Source: Solirubrobacterales bacterium
GTDB lineage: Bacteria > Actinomycetota > Thermoleophilia > Solirubrobacterales > 70-9
Assembly: GCA_033856255.1 (NCBI GenBank)
Contig: JAWVFH010000010.1
Span: 8,984 to 72,983 of the forward strand
Direction of reading: 5' to 3'
Length of the DNA: 64,000 nucleotides
Below are positions 35,546 to 46,573 of the stretch, in pieces. A program made the position numbers and the translations under genes. The notes under the pieces are model-generated. The model did not search any database. It worked only from the letters and a program-made list of their open reading frames with translations, and was not told the DNA's origin. The number at the start of each line of letters is the position of its first letter. The stretch's first letter is position 1.

Positions 35546-35697
35546 TGCGGGGGTACTCCTTGATGCCTGCCCGGCTCTCAAGACGCAGGCGGCCGGACTT
35601 GAACCTGCAGTGGACATTCTGACGATGCCCGATCCTCACTACATGGGGGCTGGCCCCTATTTCGGCCTGGGGGTTACCCCGCTTTCCCCTGGCGCAA

Positions 35698-35741
35698 CGC
35701 CGAACACCCGCGGGCGGCACGCCGAACACCCGCGGGCGGCA
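35698..35741. repeat. perfect tandem direct repeat, 2 x 22 bp (CGCCGAACACCCGCGGGCGGCA)
   Basis: Read directly from the sequence. Each unit contains the palindrome CCCGCGGG. The repeat ends 30 nt before the histidine-kinase ATG, in the htpX / two-component divergent intergenic region. Confidence 0.8.
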
Positions 35742-35770
35742 TACGCCGCCCTGCGCCCGATACTTACCCG

Positions 35771-36769
35771 ATGCGCCGCCGCGACCTCCTCACCCAGGTC
35801 CTGCTCGTCAACCTGCTGCTGGTGGTCGTCGCCGTCGTCACGGCGGTGATCGCCGCCAACCCGGGCGCCGACGTGTTCGATTCCCCGCAGTCGGGGATCG
35901 TGCTCGGGCTCGCGGTCGCGCTGACGATCCTCTTCAACGTGCTCCTGATCCAGCGGCGCTTCCAGCCGCTCGAGCGGCTCGTCGACCAGATGGAGCGCGC
36001 CGACCTCTCGCGCCCGGGCGCCAACCTGAGCGCCGGCCCCGACCCGGGCGGCCCGGAGGAGGTCGTGCGCCTGCACCAGGCGTTCAGGCGCATGCTCGAG
36101 CGGCTCGAGGCGGAGCGCCGGCGCACGTCGAGCGCCGTGCTCACCGCCCAGGAGGAGGAGCGCACCCGGGTCGCCCGCGATCTCCACGACGAGGTCAACC
36201 AGTCGCTGACCGGCCTGCTGTTGCGACTCGAGGCGACACGAGAGAAGGCCCCGCCCGAGCTCGCGGCCGAGCTCGCCGAGATCCGGGCGGTCGCCAACCA
36301 GGCGATGAAGGAGCTGCTGACGCTCGCCCGCCAGCTGCGCCCGACGGCGCTCGACGACCTCGGCCTGACGCCGGCGCTTGCCGGCAACGTGCGCGACCTG
36401 TCCCGCCAGGGCGCGATGGAGGCGAGCTTCCAGGCCGACCCCGCGCTCGGGGAGCTGCCGGCGGACGTGCAGCTGGTCGTCTACCGCGTCGCCCAGGAGG
36501 CCCTGTCCAACGCCGTCCGCCATTCGGGCGCCGAGCACGTGCAGGTGGAGCTGCAGCGGACCGGCAACCTGGTCGAGCTCAGCGTCGACGACGACGGGCG
36601 CGGCTTCAGCTTCGACCAGACCGGCCGCGGGCTGGGAATCGGGGGGATGCGCGAGCGCGCCCTGCTCGTCGGCGGCGAGTTCCGGATCGAGTCCCGGCAG
36701 GGCGTCGGCACAAGGGTTCGCCTGCTGGTGCCGATAGGTACAGGTGATGACTCCCAAGGTGAGGAATGA
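35771..36769 (+). CDS. sensor histidine kinase (HisKA_3 / NarL-partner type)
   Basis: ORF track, 332 aa. Two N-terminal helices, H-box ARDLHDEVNQSL, and an ATPase domain with GRGLGIGGMRERA. Confidence 0.9.
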   Translation: MRRRDLLTQVLLVNLLLVVVAVVTAVIAANPGADVFDSPQSGIVLGLAVALTILFNVLLIQRRFQPLERLVDQMERADLSRPGANLSAGPDPGGPEEVVRLHQAFRRMLERLEAERRRTSSAVLTAQEEERTRVARDLHDEVNQSLTGLLLRLEATREKAPPELAAELAEIRAVANQAMKELLTLARQLRPTALDDLGLTPALAGNVRDLSRQGAMEASFQADPALGELPADVQLVVYRVAQEALSNAVRHSGAEHVQVELQRTGNLVELSVDDDGRGFSFDQTGRGLGIGGMRERALLVGGEFRIESRQGVGTRVRLLVPIGTGDDSQGEE

Positions 36770-37403
36770 CGAGTTGAGGGTTTTGATCGCCGACGACCAC
36801 GGGATCGTGCGCTCGGGCCTGCGCATGCTGCTCGAGCAACAGGACGACATCGAGGTGATCGGCGAGGCCGCCGACGGTGCCGAGGCGCGCGACATCGCGA
36901 TCCGCGAGCGCCCCGACCTGGCGATTCTCGACGTCAAGATGCCGAAGCTCACCGGCCTGCAGGCGACCCGCGAGATCCGCGAGCAGGCGCCGGACGTCGA
37001 CGTCCTCATCCTCTCGATGTACGACGACGAGACCTACCTGTTCGAGGCGCTGAAGGCGGGCGCCTCGGGCTACGTGCTGAAGACGCAGGCCGACGTCGAC
37101 CTGCTGGGCGCGGTGCGCGCGGTCGAGCGCGGCGAGCCCTTCCTGACCCCGGACGCGCAGCGGGCGCTGATCAAGGACGTCCTCGGCCAGGGCGCCGGCC
37201 GCACCGACGAGCTCACTCCCCGCGAGGAGGAGGTCGTGAAGCTGGTCGCCGAGGCGCACACCAACAAGGAGATCGCCGAGATCCTCCACCTCTCCGAGAA
37301 GACGGTCGAGAACCATCGCTCGAACGCGATGCGCAAGCTCGGGATGCGCGACCGGGTGGAACTTGTGCGCTACGCGATCCGCAGAGGCCTGATCGAGCCG
37401 TAG
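36744..37403 (+). CDS. LuxR/NarL-family response regulator
   Basis: ORF track, 219 aa. VLIADDH, phospho-acceptor LAILDVKMP, and HTH region LTPREEEVVKLVAEAHTNKEIA. The exact start is uncertain and overlaps the kinase 3' end. Confidence 0.9.
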   Translation: MMTPKVRNDELRVLIADDHGIVRSGLRMLLEQQDDIEVIGEAADGAEARDIAIRERPDLAILDVKMPKLTGLQATREIREQAPDVDVLILSMYDDETYLFEALKAGASGYVLKTQADVDLLGAVRAVERGEPFLTPDAQRALIKDVLGQGAGRTDELTPREEEVVKLVAEAHTNKEIAEILHLSEKTVENHRSNAMRKLGMRDRVELVRYAIRRGLIEP

Positions 37404-37435
37404 CGTTTTCCGACCGCGCCGCTAGGATTTGAGGC

Positions 37436-37927
37436 GTGCTGTTCTCGACCAAGGCGGAATACGGCGTACGGCTGATGGTGGAGCTCGGCCGCCGGGCCGG
37501 CGAGGTCCTGCCCGCGGACGCCGAGCCCGTCGCGCTCGCCGCGGTGGCGGAGGCGGAGCTGCTGCCCCTCTCCTACCTCGAGCACCTGGTCGCGAAGCTG
37601 CGCCAGGCCGGCCTCGTGACCTCCGTCCGCGGCGCTCACGGCGGCTACCGGCTGGCGAAGGCGCCGAGCGAGATCGCGATGCTCGAGGTGGTCGAGGCGC
37701 TGGAGGGACCGATCGCGCCGATGGAATGCTTTCATGCCGACCGCGAAGGCCGGGTGCTGTGCTCGCACGAGGTGGACGCCGGCGCCTGCGCGACGAAGCT
37801 GCTCTGGACCCGCGTCCACGGCGGCGTCACCCGGGCGCTGACGAGCACGACGCTCGCCGACCTGGTCGAGTTCGCCGGCCCGTCGTCGGCGGAGGCGGCG
37901 GAGGCGGTCGCCACCCCGGCCGCCTGA
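37436..37927 (+). CDS. Rrf2-family transcriptional regulator (IscR/SufR-role candidate, three Cys)
   Basis: ORF track, 163 aa. N-terminal wHTH STKAEYGVRLMVEL. Cys cluster MECFHADREGRVLCSHEVDAGAC. Lies directly upstream of sufC. Confidence 0.85.
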   Translation: MLFSTKAEYGVRLMVELGRRAGEVLPADAEPVALAAVAEAELLPLSYLEHLVAKLRQAGLVTSVRGAHGGYRLAKAPSEIAMLEVVEALEGPIAPMECFHADREGRVLCSHEVDAGACATKLLWTRVHGGVTRALTSTTLADLVEFAGPSSAEAAEAVATPAA

Positions 37928-37968
37928 GCGCCGGCGGCGAAAACTTTCAACCGACAACCAGGAGACAC

Positions 37969-38729
<761 letters not shown>

Positions 38730-38733
<4 letters not shown>

Positions 38734-39974
38734 GCGCGACGGCCGCGGCCTACCCGCTCGAGAAGGTCCGGGAGGCGTTCCCGGCGCTCGAGCGCGAGGT
38801 CGGCGGCAAGCCGGTCGCCTACCTCGACTCCGGCGCCAGCGCCCAGCGCGTCCTCGCCTCGATCCAGGCCGTCGACCGCTACGAGCGCCGCCACCACTCG
38901 AACGTCCACCGGGGCACGCACACGCTCTCGGAGGAGGCGACGGCCGCCTACGAGGGCGCGCGGGCCACGGTCGCCGACCACATCGGCGCCGCCGACCGTC
39001 GCGAGGTGATCTTCGTCCGCAACGCGACCGAGGCGATCAACCTCGTCGCCCGCGCCTGGGGCGATGCCAACGTCGGCGCCGGCGACCGAATCGTGCTGAC
39101 GGAGATGGAGCACCACTCCAACATCGTCCCCTGGCAGCAGCTCGCCGAGCGGGCCGGCGCCGAGATCGACTGGGTGCCGGTCGGCGACGACGGCCTCCTC
39201 GACCTCGACGCCTACGCGACGCTGCTCGAGCGGGGGCCGAAGCTGGTCGCCGTAGCGCACGTGTCCAACGTGCTCGGGACCGAGAACCCGCTGGCCGAGA
39301 TCTCCCGGCTCGCCCACGAGGCCGGCGCCCTGGTGCTCGCCGACGGCGCCCAAGCGGCGCCGAAGCTGGCCGTCGAGATGGCGTCGCTGGGAATCGACTT
39401 CTACGCCCTCACCGGGCACAAGGCCTATGCGCCGACCGGGATCGGCGCGCTCTGGGCCCGCCTCGACCTGCTGCGCGAGATGCCGCCGTTCATGGGCGGG
39501 GGCTCGATGATCCGCAAGGTGACGAAGGCGAAGACGACCTGGGCCGACCCGCCGGCCCGCTTCGAGGCGGGCACCCCCGCGATCGCCCAGGCGATCGGCC
39601 TCGCGGCCGCCTTCCGCTGGCTCGACGGGCTCGGGATGGACGCGGCCACCGCCCACGAACGCGAGATCGCCGCCTACACGCTCGAGCGCCTCGAGGATGT
39701 CCCCGGCCTGCGCGTCTTCGGCCCTCCCCCCTCGCCGGAGCGCCTCGGGCCGGTCTCCTTCGAGCTCGACGGCATCCACGGCCATGATGTCGCCGAGATC
39801 CTCGACCGCCACGGGGTCGCCGTCCGCGCCGGCCACCACTGCGCCCAGCCGCTGATGGACCGGCTCGGCGTCGCCGCCACCGCGCGAGCGAGCTTCGGCG
39901 TCTACACGACCCGCGAGGAGATCGACCGCCTGGTCGAGGCCCTGCTCGACGCCCGCCGGGTCTTCGACCTCTGA
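38730..39974 (+). CDS. sufS: cysteine desulfurase SufS
   Basis: ORF track, 414 aa. PLP lysine in LTGHKAYAPTG and catalytic Cys in RAGHHCAQPL. Overlaps the sufC stop. Confidence 0.92.
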
Positions 39975-39976
39975 CG

Positions 39977-40576
39977 ATGCCACGGACGCTGCTCACCGTC
40001 GACGAATCCGAGCTCGGCCTCAGCTGGGTGCTCGACGAGCCGATGCAGCGCGCCTGCCATGCGATCCTCGCCGGCGGCAAGGTCTGGTTCGTCGACCCGA
40101 TCGAGGTCGACGAGATCGTCGATCGCGGCGCCGCGCTCGGAGCCCCGGCGGGGGTGCTGCAGCTGCTCGATCGGCACAACCGCGACTGCGCCGCGGTCGC
40201 CGAGCGCCTCGGGATCGAGCACCTGCGCGTCCCCGACGAGGTTCCTGGATCGCCGTTTGAGGCGATCCCCGCCGTCCGGCTGCCGGGCTGGAAGGAGACG
40301 GCGCTGTGGTGGCCCGCGACCGAGTCGCTGGTCGTCGCGGAGATCGTCGGCACCAACTCGGTCTTCAACGCCGGCTCGGGCGGCGTCGGCATGCACCCGA
40401 TGCTGCGGGCGTGGCCGCCGAAATCGATCCGCGGATACGAGCCCGCCCACCTGTTCGTCGGCCACGGTGCCCCGGTGCACGGGGCGGACGCCGCCGCCGG
40501 GCTCGAGCGCGCCTACGGGCGCTCGCGCCGCGACATCCCCAAGGCCCTGATCAACCTGCCGGGAGCGAGCCGCTAG
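39977..40576 (+). CDS. hypothetical protein inside the suf operon (possibly a degenerate metallo-beta-lactamase-like fold)
   Basis: ORF track, 199 aa with normal composition. ATG lies 2 nt after the sufS stop. LLDRHNRDC occupies roughly the position of an HxHxDH motif, but this is a pattern impression only. Confidence 0.65.
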   Translation: MPRTLLTVDESELGLSWVLDEPMQRACHAILAGGKVWFVDPIEVDEIVDRGAALGAPAGVLQLLDRHNRDCAAVAERLGIEHLRVPDEVPGSPFEAIPAVRLPGWKETALWWPATESLVVAEIVGTNSVFNAGSGGVGMHPMLRAWPPKSIRGYEPAHLFVGHGAPVHGADAAAGLERAYGRSRRDIPKALINLPGASR

Positions 40577-40595
40577 AGGCGGCTAGCCTCAAACC

Positions 40596-41027
40596 ATGGA
40601 CGACCTCTACCGCGAGAACATCCTCGACCACTACAAGCGCCCGCGCCACTTCGGGCGCCCGGACGAGTTCGATCTCGAGTTCTCCGACACCAACCCGCTC
40701 TGCGGCGACGAGCAGCACGTGTTCATCGTCCTCGGCGAGGACGGCCTGGTCGAGGAGGTCACCTTCGAGGGCAGGGGCTGCGCGATCTCGACCGCGGCAA
40801 CCTCGATGCTGACCGAGGAGCTGGCGGGCAAGACGCGCGAGGAGCTGCTGCGCCTCGACAAGGAGTACGTCCTCGATCTGCTCGGGATCGAGATCTCGGC
40901 GACGCGGATGAAGTGCGCGCTGCTCGGCCTCAAGGTGGTCAAGTCGGCCGCCCTCGGCAACGCGGCCGACTGGGACGACGAGGGCGACCTGCCCGCCGAC
41001 CCGGCCGCCGAGCGCGAGCGGATCTAG
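40596..41027 (+). CDS. sufU: SUF-system NifU-family Fe-S scaffold/sulfur-transfer protein SufU
   Basis: ORF track, 143 aa. Cys ligands NPLCGD, GRGCAIS, MKCALL. Acidic C-terminal tail. Confidence 0.9.
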   Translation: MDDLYRENILDHYKRPRHFGRPDEFDLEFSDTNPLCGDEQHVFIVLGEDGLVEEVTFEGRGCAISTAATSMLTEELAGKTREELLRLDKEYVLDLLGIEISATRMKCALLGLKVVKSAALGNAADWDDEGDLPADPAAERERI

Positions 41028-41060
41028 GCCCCTCCGCGCGCGCTGGCGTAGGCTCGTCCG

Positions 41061-42161
41061 ATGAGGGGAAGCGCCCTCGCGATCGCGGCGGTGACCGCGC
41101 TGCTCGGGTGCGCGGCGCCGGCGGGCGCCTCGGGGGCGCCGCCGCGCCAGTTCTACGGCGTGGTCTCGCAGAGCAAGCTCCACCGCGACGACCTGGCGCG
41201 GATGGCCAAGGGGAACGTCGGGACCCTACGCGTGACGCTGTCCTGGAGCGCGGTCGACCCGAGCCCGGTTTTCGACTACGACTGGTCCGCCTTCGACGAC
41301 ACGGTCGCCGAGGCGGCGCGGCGCGGGATCGAGGTCCTGCCGGCGGTCTTCACCGTGCCCGGATGGGTCTCGGCGCTCGAGCGCTGCGAGGCGGGAGCCG
41401 AATGCGGGATCACCCCTCCGCACACCGCGGCAGGGCTCGCCGCCTGGCGCACCTTCCTCGGCGATGCCGCCCGCCGGTACGGCCCGGGCGGCGTTTTCTG
41501 GCTCCTGCACCCGGAGCTGCCGGACGAGCCGATCGAGACCTGGCAGATCTGGAACGAGGAGAACGACCCGGGCTTCTTCGCCCCGGCTCCCGACGTCGGC
41601 CGCTACGCGGCGCTGCTGAGCGCCGCTTCGGAGGCGATCCGCGGCGTCGACGCGAGCGCCGAGATCCTCCTCGGCGGCATGTGCTGCTACCCGCTGCACG
41701 GCCGCGACGGGGGGATCAGGACAACGGACTTCCTGCGCTCGCTGTACGAGTACCCCGGGATCGACGCGGACTTCGACGGGATCGCGATCCACCCCTACGC
41801 GGCCCGGCTCGGCGGGGTACGGCGTCAGGTCGAAAGCGTCGTCCGGCTGGTCGGCGGCGCGCTGGGCGACACCGAGGCCGGGATCTGGATCACGGAGGTC
41901 GGCTGGGCGTCGGGCGGCGCGCACAACCGCCTCAACCGCGGCCCCCGGGGCCAGGCACGGCGGTTGGCGCAGGCGTTTCGCTACTTCACCAGGCAGCGGG
42001 CGCGGCTCGGCATCCGGGCCGTCCTCTGGTACGCATGGCGCGACGTGCCGCAGGCGATCAGCCCCTGCCTGTGGTGCCCGGACTCGGGCCTCTTCCATGC
42101 CGCGGCGCTGGTCCCGAAGCCCGCCTGGTCCTCGTTCGTCCGCTTCACCGGCGGCCGGTGA
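41061..42161 (+). CDS. clan GH-A-like glycoside hydrolase lipoprotein, paralogue 5
   Basis: ORF track, 366 aa. Lipobox ALLGC. WQIWNEENDP and WITEVGW, with the same Cys pairs as 27440..32090. Confidence 0.8.
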   Translation: MRGSALAIAAVTALLGCAAPAGASGAPPRQFYGVVSQSKLHRDDLARMAKGNVGTLRVTLSWSAVDPSPVFDYDWSAFDDTVAEAARRGIEVLPAVFTVPGWVSALERCEAGAECGITPPHTAAGLAAWRTFLGDAARRYGPGGVFWLLHPELPDEPIETWQIWNEENDPGFFAPAPDVGRYAALLSAASEAIRGVDASAEILLGGMCCYPLHGRDGGIRTTDFLRSLYEYPGIDADFDGIAIHPYAARLGGVRRQVESVVRLVGGALGDTEAGIWITEVGWASGGAHNRLNRGPRGQARRLAQAFRYFTRQRARLGIRAVLWYAWRDVPQAISPCLWCPDSGLFHAAALVPKPAWSSFVRFTGGR

Positions 42162-42164
42162 GGC

Positions 42165-42557
42165 TCAGTCGACGGCGATCACCTTCGACTTGTCCCGCAC
42201 GCACTCGTAGATCGTCCCGGCGGTGCCCTGGACGACCTTCGGGGCGACCGCGTAGTACGCACCCGAGGTGAGCTTGTCGAACGGCACGGCCCACTTGCCG
42301 TCGTTGTCGGCGTGATCGAGGCCGAGCAGCTTGTGACCGCCGCTGCGCTTCTGCTTGAACATCTTCACCTTGCGGTCCTCGACGCAGTTCTCGTTGTTGG
42401 CCTTGACCCGGCCGTGGAAGGCGGGAGCGTGGTTGCGCAGCTGCACCTGGGTCTCGATCTGGACCGTCTCGCCCTGGGCGAAGGCGGCCGCGGCGGTGCC
42501 GAGGACGATCGCGCAGGCGGCGGCGAGGGCGAGTCGGAGCGTGGCGGGGGTGGTCAT
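42165..42557 (-). CDS. small secreted protein, unknown function
   Basis: ORF track, 130 aa. Signal peptide ending AFAQG. Lys/Asn-containing, non-shadow composition with two Cys. Confidence 0.7.
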   Translation of the reverse strand: MTTPATLRLALAAACAIVLGTAAAAFAQGETVQIETQVQLRNHAPAFHGRVKANNENCVEDRKVKMFKQKRSGGHKLLGLDHADNDGKWAVPFDKLTSGAYYAVAPKVVQGTAGTIYECVRDKSKVIAVD

Positions 42558-42601
42558 CGGGTCGTCCTCCTGGATCGGGTTGGCGGGCGAGCGCGAAGCT
42601 A

Positions 42602-43075
42602 TCAGAGCGCGGTGAGCTTGCCGCGCGCGTCAAGGGTCGTATTCGGGGACCCGGCGGCCAGCACCTGCAGCTCCGCGACCCGGGCGAGCTGGATCAGCGG
42701 CAGCGAGCTGATCGGCGCCCAGCTGCGCTGCTGAAGCACCTGACCGGCGGCGAACGGCTCCGGGTCGAGGGCGCGCGACGGGAAGACCACCGCGCACAGC
42801 CCGCCCTCGCCCGCGCCGACCTCGTCGCCGGCCTCGGTCAGGAAGGTGACCAGCGCGCCCGTGTAGAGGTGGAAGCTGAAGTTGTGGCGCCCGTAGGCGA
42901 GCGCCGCCTGGTCGGCGTTCCAGGCGTCGACGCAGCGCTCCGGGGCGGCGACCGAGCGCTGCTCCGAACCGCCGCCGGAGGAGATCGCGACGACGACGAT
43001 CACGGCGGTCAGCCCGATCGCAGCCGCGATCGCGATCAGGATCCGACCGCGGGCATCGCCGGTGGCGTCTTCCAC
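42602..43075 (-). CDS. membrane-anchored protein, unknown function
   Basis: ORF track, 157 aa. A single N-terminal helix ILIAIAAAIGLTAVIVVVAI followed by a soluble domain. Confidence 0.65.
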   Translation of the reverse strand: MEDATGDARGRILIAIAAAIGLTAVIVVVAISSGGGSEQRSVAAPERCVDAWNADQAALAYGRHNFSFHLYTGALVTFLTEAGDEVGAGEGGLCAVVFPSRALDPEPFAAGQVLQQRSWAPISSLPLIQLARVAELQVLAAGSPNTTLDARGKLTAL

Positions 43076-43118
43076 GGCCGGGAACCTAGCTAAAATCCGA
43101 CCAGGAGACTAGGAATAA

Positions 43119-43442
43119 GTGACCACCGACACAACCATCGTCGTCTGCAAGCTCGCCGACCTGCCGGCGGGCGAGATGCGCCTGATCGACGCGGACGGGC
43201 GCAAGATCGGCGTCTTCCACTGCGCCGACGGCGAGCTGTTCGCGATCGAGGATCGCTGCTCGCATGACGACGGCCCACTCGCCGAGGGAGAGTTCGACGC
43301 CGAGGCCTGTACCGTGGAGTGCCCACGGCATGGCTCGCTGTTCGACATCACCACGGGCAAGCCGCGCACCCTTCCCGCCTACCGGCCGGTCGACACCTTC
43401 GAGGTTCGCGTCGATGACGACGAAGTGAAGCTGGAGCTCTGA
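43119..43442 (+). CDS. Rieske [2Fe-2S] ferredoxin-type protein
   Basis: ORF track, 107 aa. CSHDDG ... CPRHGSLF ligand boxes. Lies directly upstream of sufB. Confidence 0.9.
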   Translation: MTTDTTIVVCKLADLPAGEMRLIDADGRKIGVFHCADGELFAIEDRCSHDDGPLAEGEFDAEACTVECPRHGSLFDITTGKPRTLPAYRPVDTFEVRVDDDEVKLEL

Positions 43443-43449
43443 TTCTCAG

Positions 43450-44922
43450 ATGACCACACCCCCCGAGACCGTTACCGCACCAGGCAGCACTTCCGGCAAG
43501 CAGCTGACCGAGGCCGAGTCGGGCTTGAAGGACATCGGCTCCGACTACAAGGAGAAGTTCGGCTTCCACGACCCGGAGTCCGGCTATGCCTTCAAGTCGG
43601 AGAAGGGCCTCAGCCGCGAGCTGATCGAGGCGATCTCCGAGTACAAGAACGAGCCGCAGTGGATGCGCGACTTCCGGCTCAAGGCCTACGAGCACTACGA
43701 GAGCCGCCCGACCCCGCAATGGGGCGGCAACCTCAACCAGATCGACTTCGACGACATCCACTACTTCGTCCGCGCCTCGGAGAAGAGCGAGCGGAGCTGG
43801 GACGACGTTCCCGAGGACATCAAGAACACCTTCGACAAGCTCGGGATCCCCGAGGCCGAGCGGAAGTTCCTCTCGGGCGTGGGCGCTCAGTATGAGAGCG
43901 AATCCGTCTACCACCAGATCAACGAGAAGCTCGAGGCCCAGGGCGTGATCTTCACCGACATGGACACGGCGCTGCGCGAGCACGAGGACCTAGTCCGCGA
44001 GTACTGGGCGACGATCATCCCGCCGAACGACAACAAGCTCGCGGCGCTCAACTCCGCGGTCTGGTCGGGCGGCTCGTTCGTCTACGTCCCGGCCGGGGTC
44101 AAGGTCGAGATGCCGCTCCAGGCCTACTTCCGGATCAACACGGAGAACATGGGCCAGTTCGAGCGCACGCTGATCATCGCCGAGGACGGCGCCGACGTGC
44201 ACTACATCGAGGGCTGCACGGCGCCCGTTTACTCGAGCGACTCGCTGCACTCCGCCGTGGTCGAGATCTGCGCCAAGGCGAACTCGCGGGTCCGCTACAC
44301 GACGGTGCAGAACTGGTCGCAGAACGTCTTCAACCTGGTCACCAAGCGCGCCGTCGCCCACGAGAACGCGACGATGGAGTGGGTCGACTGCAACCTGGGC
44401 TCGAAGCTGACGATGAAGTACCCGTCGATCTACCTGCTCGGCGAGCGGGCCCACGGCGAGATCCTCTCGATCGCCTTCGCCGGCAAGGGCCAGCATCAGG
44501 ACGCCGGCGGCAAGATCATCCACGCGGCGCCGAAGACGACCTCTTCGATCTTCTCCAAGTCGATCTCCAAGGACGGCGGCCGGGCGACCTACCGCGGCCT
44601 GCTCGAGGTCGCGCAGGGAGCCACCGAGTCGAAGTCGAAGGTGGTCTGCGACGCCCTGCTGCTCGACGAGGACTCCCGCTCGGACACCTACCCGACGATC
44701 CGGATCGACGAGTCCGACGCCAACGTCGGCCACGAGGCCTCGGTCTCGAAGGTCGGCGAGGAGATGCTCTTCTACCTCCAGGCCCACGGGCTGGACGAGG
44801 AGGAGGCATCGAAGATGATCGTCAACGGCTTCATCGAGCCGATCGCCAAGGAGCTGCCGATGGAGTACTCGGTCGAGATGAACCGGCTGATCGAGCTGCA
44901 GATGGAAGGCTCCATTGGCTGA
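43450..44922 (+). CDS. sufB: Fe-S cluster assembly protein SufB
   Basis: ORF track, 490 aa, with characteristic SufB sequence throughout (for example [22 protein letters not shown]). Confidence 0.93.
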   Translation: MTTPPETVTAPGSTSGKQLTEAESGLKDIGSDYKEKFGFHDPESGYAFKSEKGLSRELIEAISEYKNEPQWMRDFRLKAYEHYESRPTPQWGGNLNQIDFDDIHYFVRASEKSERSWDDVPEDIKNTFDKLGIPEAERKFLSGVGAQYESESVYHQINEKLEAQGVIFTDMDTALREHEDLVREYWATIIPPNDNKLAALNSAVWSGGSFVYVPAGVKVEMPLQAYFRINTENMGQFERTLIIAEDGADVHYIEGCTAPVYSSDSLHSAVVEICAKANSRVRYTTVQNWSQNVFNLVTKRAVAHENATMEWVDCNLGSKLTMKYPSIYLLGERAHGEILSIAFAGKGQHQDAGGKIIHAAPKTTSSIFSKSISKDGGRATYRGLLEVAQGATESKSKVVCDALLLDEDSRSDTYPTIRIDESDANVGHEASVSKVGEEMLFYLQAHGLDEEEASKMIVNGFIEPIAKELPMEYSVEMNRLIELQMEGSIG

Positions 44923-46099
44923 CGGTGCCGCAGCGGCGCCTCAGCTCCAAGAACCGGACTGGCTGAGCGAGGCGCGCGACCGGGCCAAGGAGCTCGCGAT
45001 CGACCTCGAGCTGCCGGACCCCAAGCGGAAGGGCTGGGAGTTCACCGACCTGCGCGGTCTCGAGTTCGACGGCTACAGCGAGGCGGTGGCGACCGTCGCC
45101 GGCCTCGAGCGGATCGAGGAGGACGGGGTGTTGGTGCTGCCGCTCGCCGAGGCCGCCGCCACCCACCCGGAGCTGGTTCGCGAGCGGCTCGGGACGATCG
45201 TCCCGGCGGCCGACGCCTTCACGGCCCGCAACGAGGCGCGCTGGCGCGACGGCCTGCTCGTCTACGTGCCCGCCGGTACGCGGCTGGAGGAGCCGATCAA
45301 GGTGACCGTCTCCGGTGCCGCCGGCGAGGAGATCGAATGGCGGGCGCTGATCGTGCTCGGCGAGGGCGCCGAGGCCGAGGTCTGGGAGCGCTACACATCC
45401 GAGGGCGAGGGGCTCTTCAACGGGGTCGTCGAGCTCGTCGTCGGCGATGCCGCCAACCTCCGCTACGTCTGCGTGCAGGAGCTCTCCACCGAGAGCTGGG
45501 CGTTCGCCACCCAGCGGGCCGAGATCGGCCGCGACGCCAACCTCGACTGGGTCGCCCTGGGCTTCGGCTCGGCGCACGGCAAGGTGCGGATGGAGACCAA
45601 GCTAGCCGGGCGCGGCTCGAGCGCCAAGGTCACAGGCGCCTACGCCGGCGACGGCGACCAGCACCTCGACTACGACACGACCCAGGAGCACGCCGCCGAG
45701 GACACGAACTCCGACCTCGCCTTCAGGGGCGTGCTGACCGAGCGGGCGACCGCCGTCTGGCGCGGGATGATCCGCGTCGACAAGGGCGCGCAGCGCACCG
45801 ATGCCTTTCAGGAGAGCCGGAATCTGCTGCTGTCGACCGATGCCCACGCCGACGCGATCCCGGGGCTCGAGATCGAGGCCGACGACGTCCGCTGCACCCA
45901 CGCGGCGGCGGTCGCCCAGGTCGACCCCGAGCAGCTCTACTACCTGCGCTCGCACGGCCTCGCAGACTCGGAGGCCAAGCGCCTGGTGATCGAAGGCTTC
46001 CTCTCCGAGCTGGTCGAGCGCGCCCACGAAGGCCCGATCCGCGACGCCCTTCGCGACGAGCTCGAGGGCCGGCTCGAGCGCCTGCTCGAAGCCGCCTGA
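44915..46099 (+). CDS. sufD: Fe-S cluster assembly protein SufD
   Basis: ORF track, 394 aa. TTG start overlaps the sufB end by 8 nt. Homologous to the SufB/D beta-helix C-terminus. Confidence 0.88.
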   Translation: MADGAAAAPQLQEPDWLSEARDRAKELAIDLELPDPKRKGWEFTDLRGLEFDGYSEAVATVAGLERIEEDGVLVLPLAEAAATHPELVRERLGTIVPAADAFTARNEARWRDGLLVYVPAGTRLEEPIKVTVSGAAGEEIEWRALIVLGEGAEAEVWERYTSEGEGLFNGVVELVVGDAANLRYVCVQELSTESWAFATQRAEIGRDANLDWVALGFGSAHGKVRMETKLAGRGSSAKVTGAYAGDGDQHLDYDTTQEHAAEDTNSDLAFRGVLTERATAVWRGMIRVDKGAQRTDAFQESRNLLLSTDAHADAIPGLEIEADDVRCTHAAAVAQVDPEQLYYLRSHGLADSEAKRLVIEGFLSELVERAHEGPIRDALRDELEGRLERLLEAA

Positions 46100-46108
46100 C
46101 GCGCCCGC

Positions 46109-46516
46109 TCAGATCCGCAGCACCTCGAAGCGCACCCTGCCCTCGCGGACGGCGAGCTCGACCTCGCGCTCGTTGCGGTTCAGCTTCGAGCGGCCGGTCT
46201 TGACCTCGACCAGGACGACCTCGCGCAGCTCGCCGGCGCCGATCCCGTCGAAGATCACGTAGTCGATCGGGGCGCCGAGGAAGCGCGCCTCGCTGGGGTC
46301 GAAGCGGGCGCTGAACTCGGGCACCAGCGGCGCCAGCTGCTCGCCCGCCTTGCCGCCCAGGACGCTGCGGCTGCGCCTCGTCGCATCCCTGCGCGCCGCG
46401 GTCAGGTCCTCGTCGGCGTAGCGATAGACGGCTCGGTAGCGGGCGAACGCGACCGCCACCCAGAGCAGGGCTAAAACGGCGAGCACCAGGAGCGCCGAGG
46501 CGAGCGAATCATCCAT
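46109..46516 (-). CDS. membrane-anchored endonuclease related to archaeal Holliday-junction resolvase (COG4741/Endonuc_Holl-like)
   Basis: ORF track, 135 aa. N-terminal helix, then GAPIDYVIFDG ... VVLVEVKTGRSKLNRNEREV, a PD-(D/E)xK-like core. Confidence 0.7.
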   Translation of the reverse strand: MDDSLASALLVLAVLALLWVAVAFARYRAVYRYADEDLTAARRDATRRSRSVLGGKAGEQLAPLVPEFSARFDPSEARFLGAPIDYVIFDGIGAGELREVVLVEVKTGRSKLNRNEREVELAVREGRVRFEVLRI

Positions 46517-46573
46517 CAGCCCGAGTCTGGCCCGCCGCCCGGTCGGCGCCGCCGTCCTGCAAGGGCGCGCCCA

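Noticed and set aside
35593-35610. GGTTCAAGTCC (minus strand) in the htpX leader resembles a tRNA T-loop.
   Set aside because: Flanking bases do not form a T-stem or acceptor stem. The stretch is simply the shadow N-terminal extension (MSTAGSSPAAC...) of ORF 34685..35617. ATG 35545 with AAGGAG is the credible htpX start.
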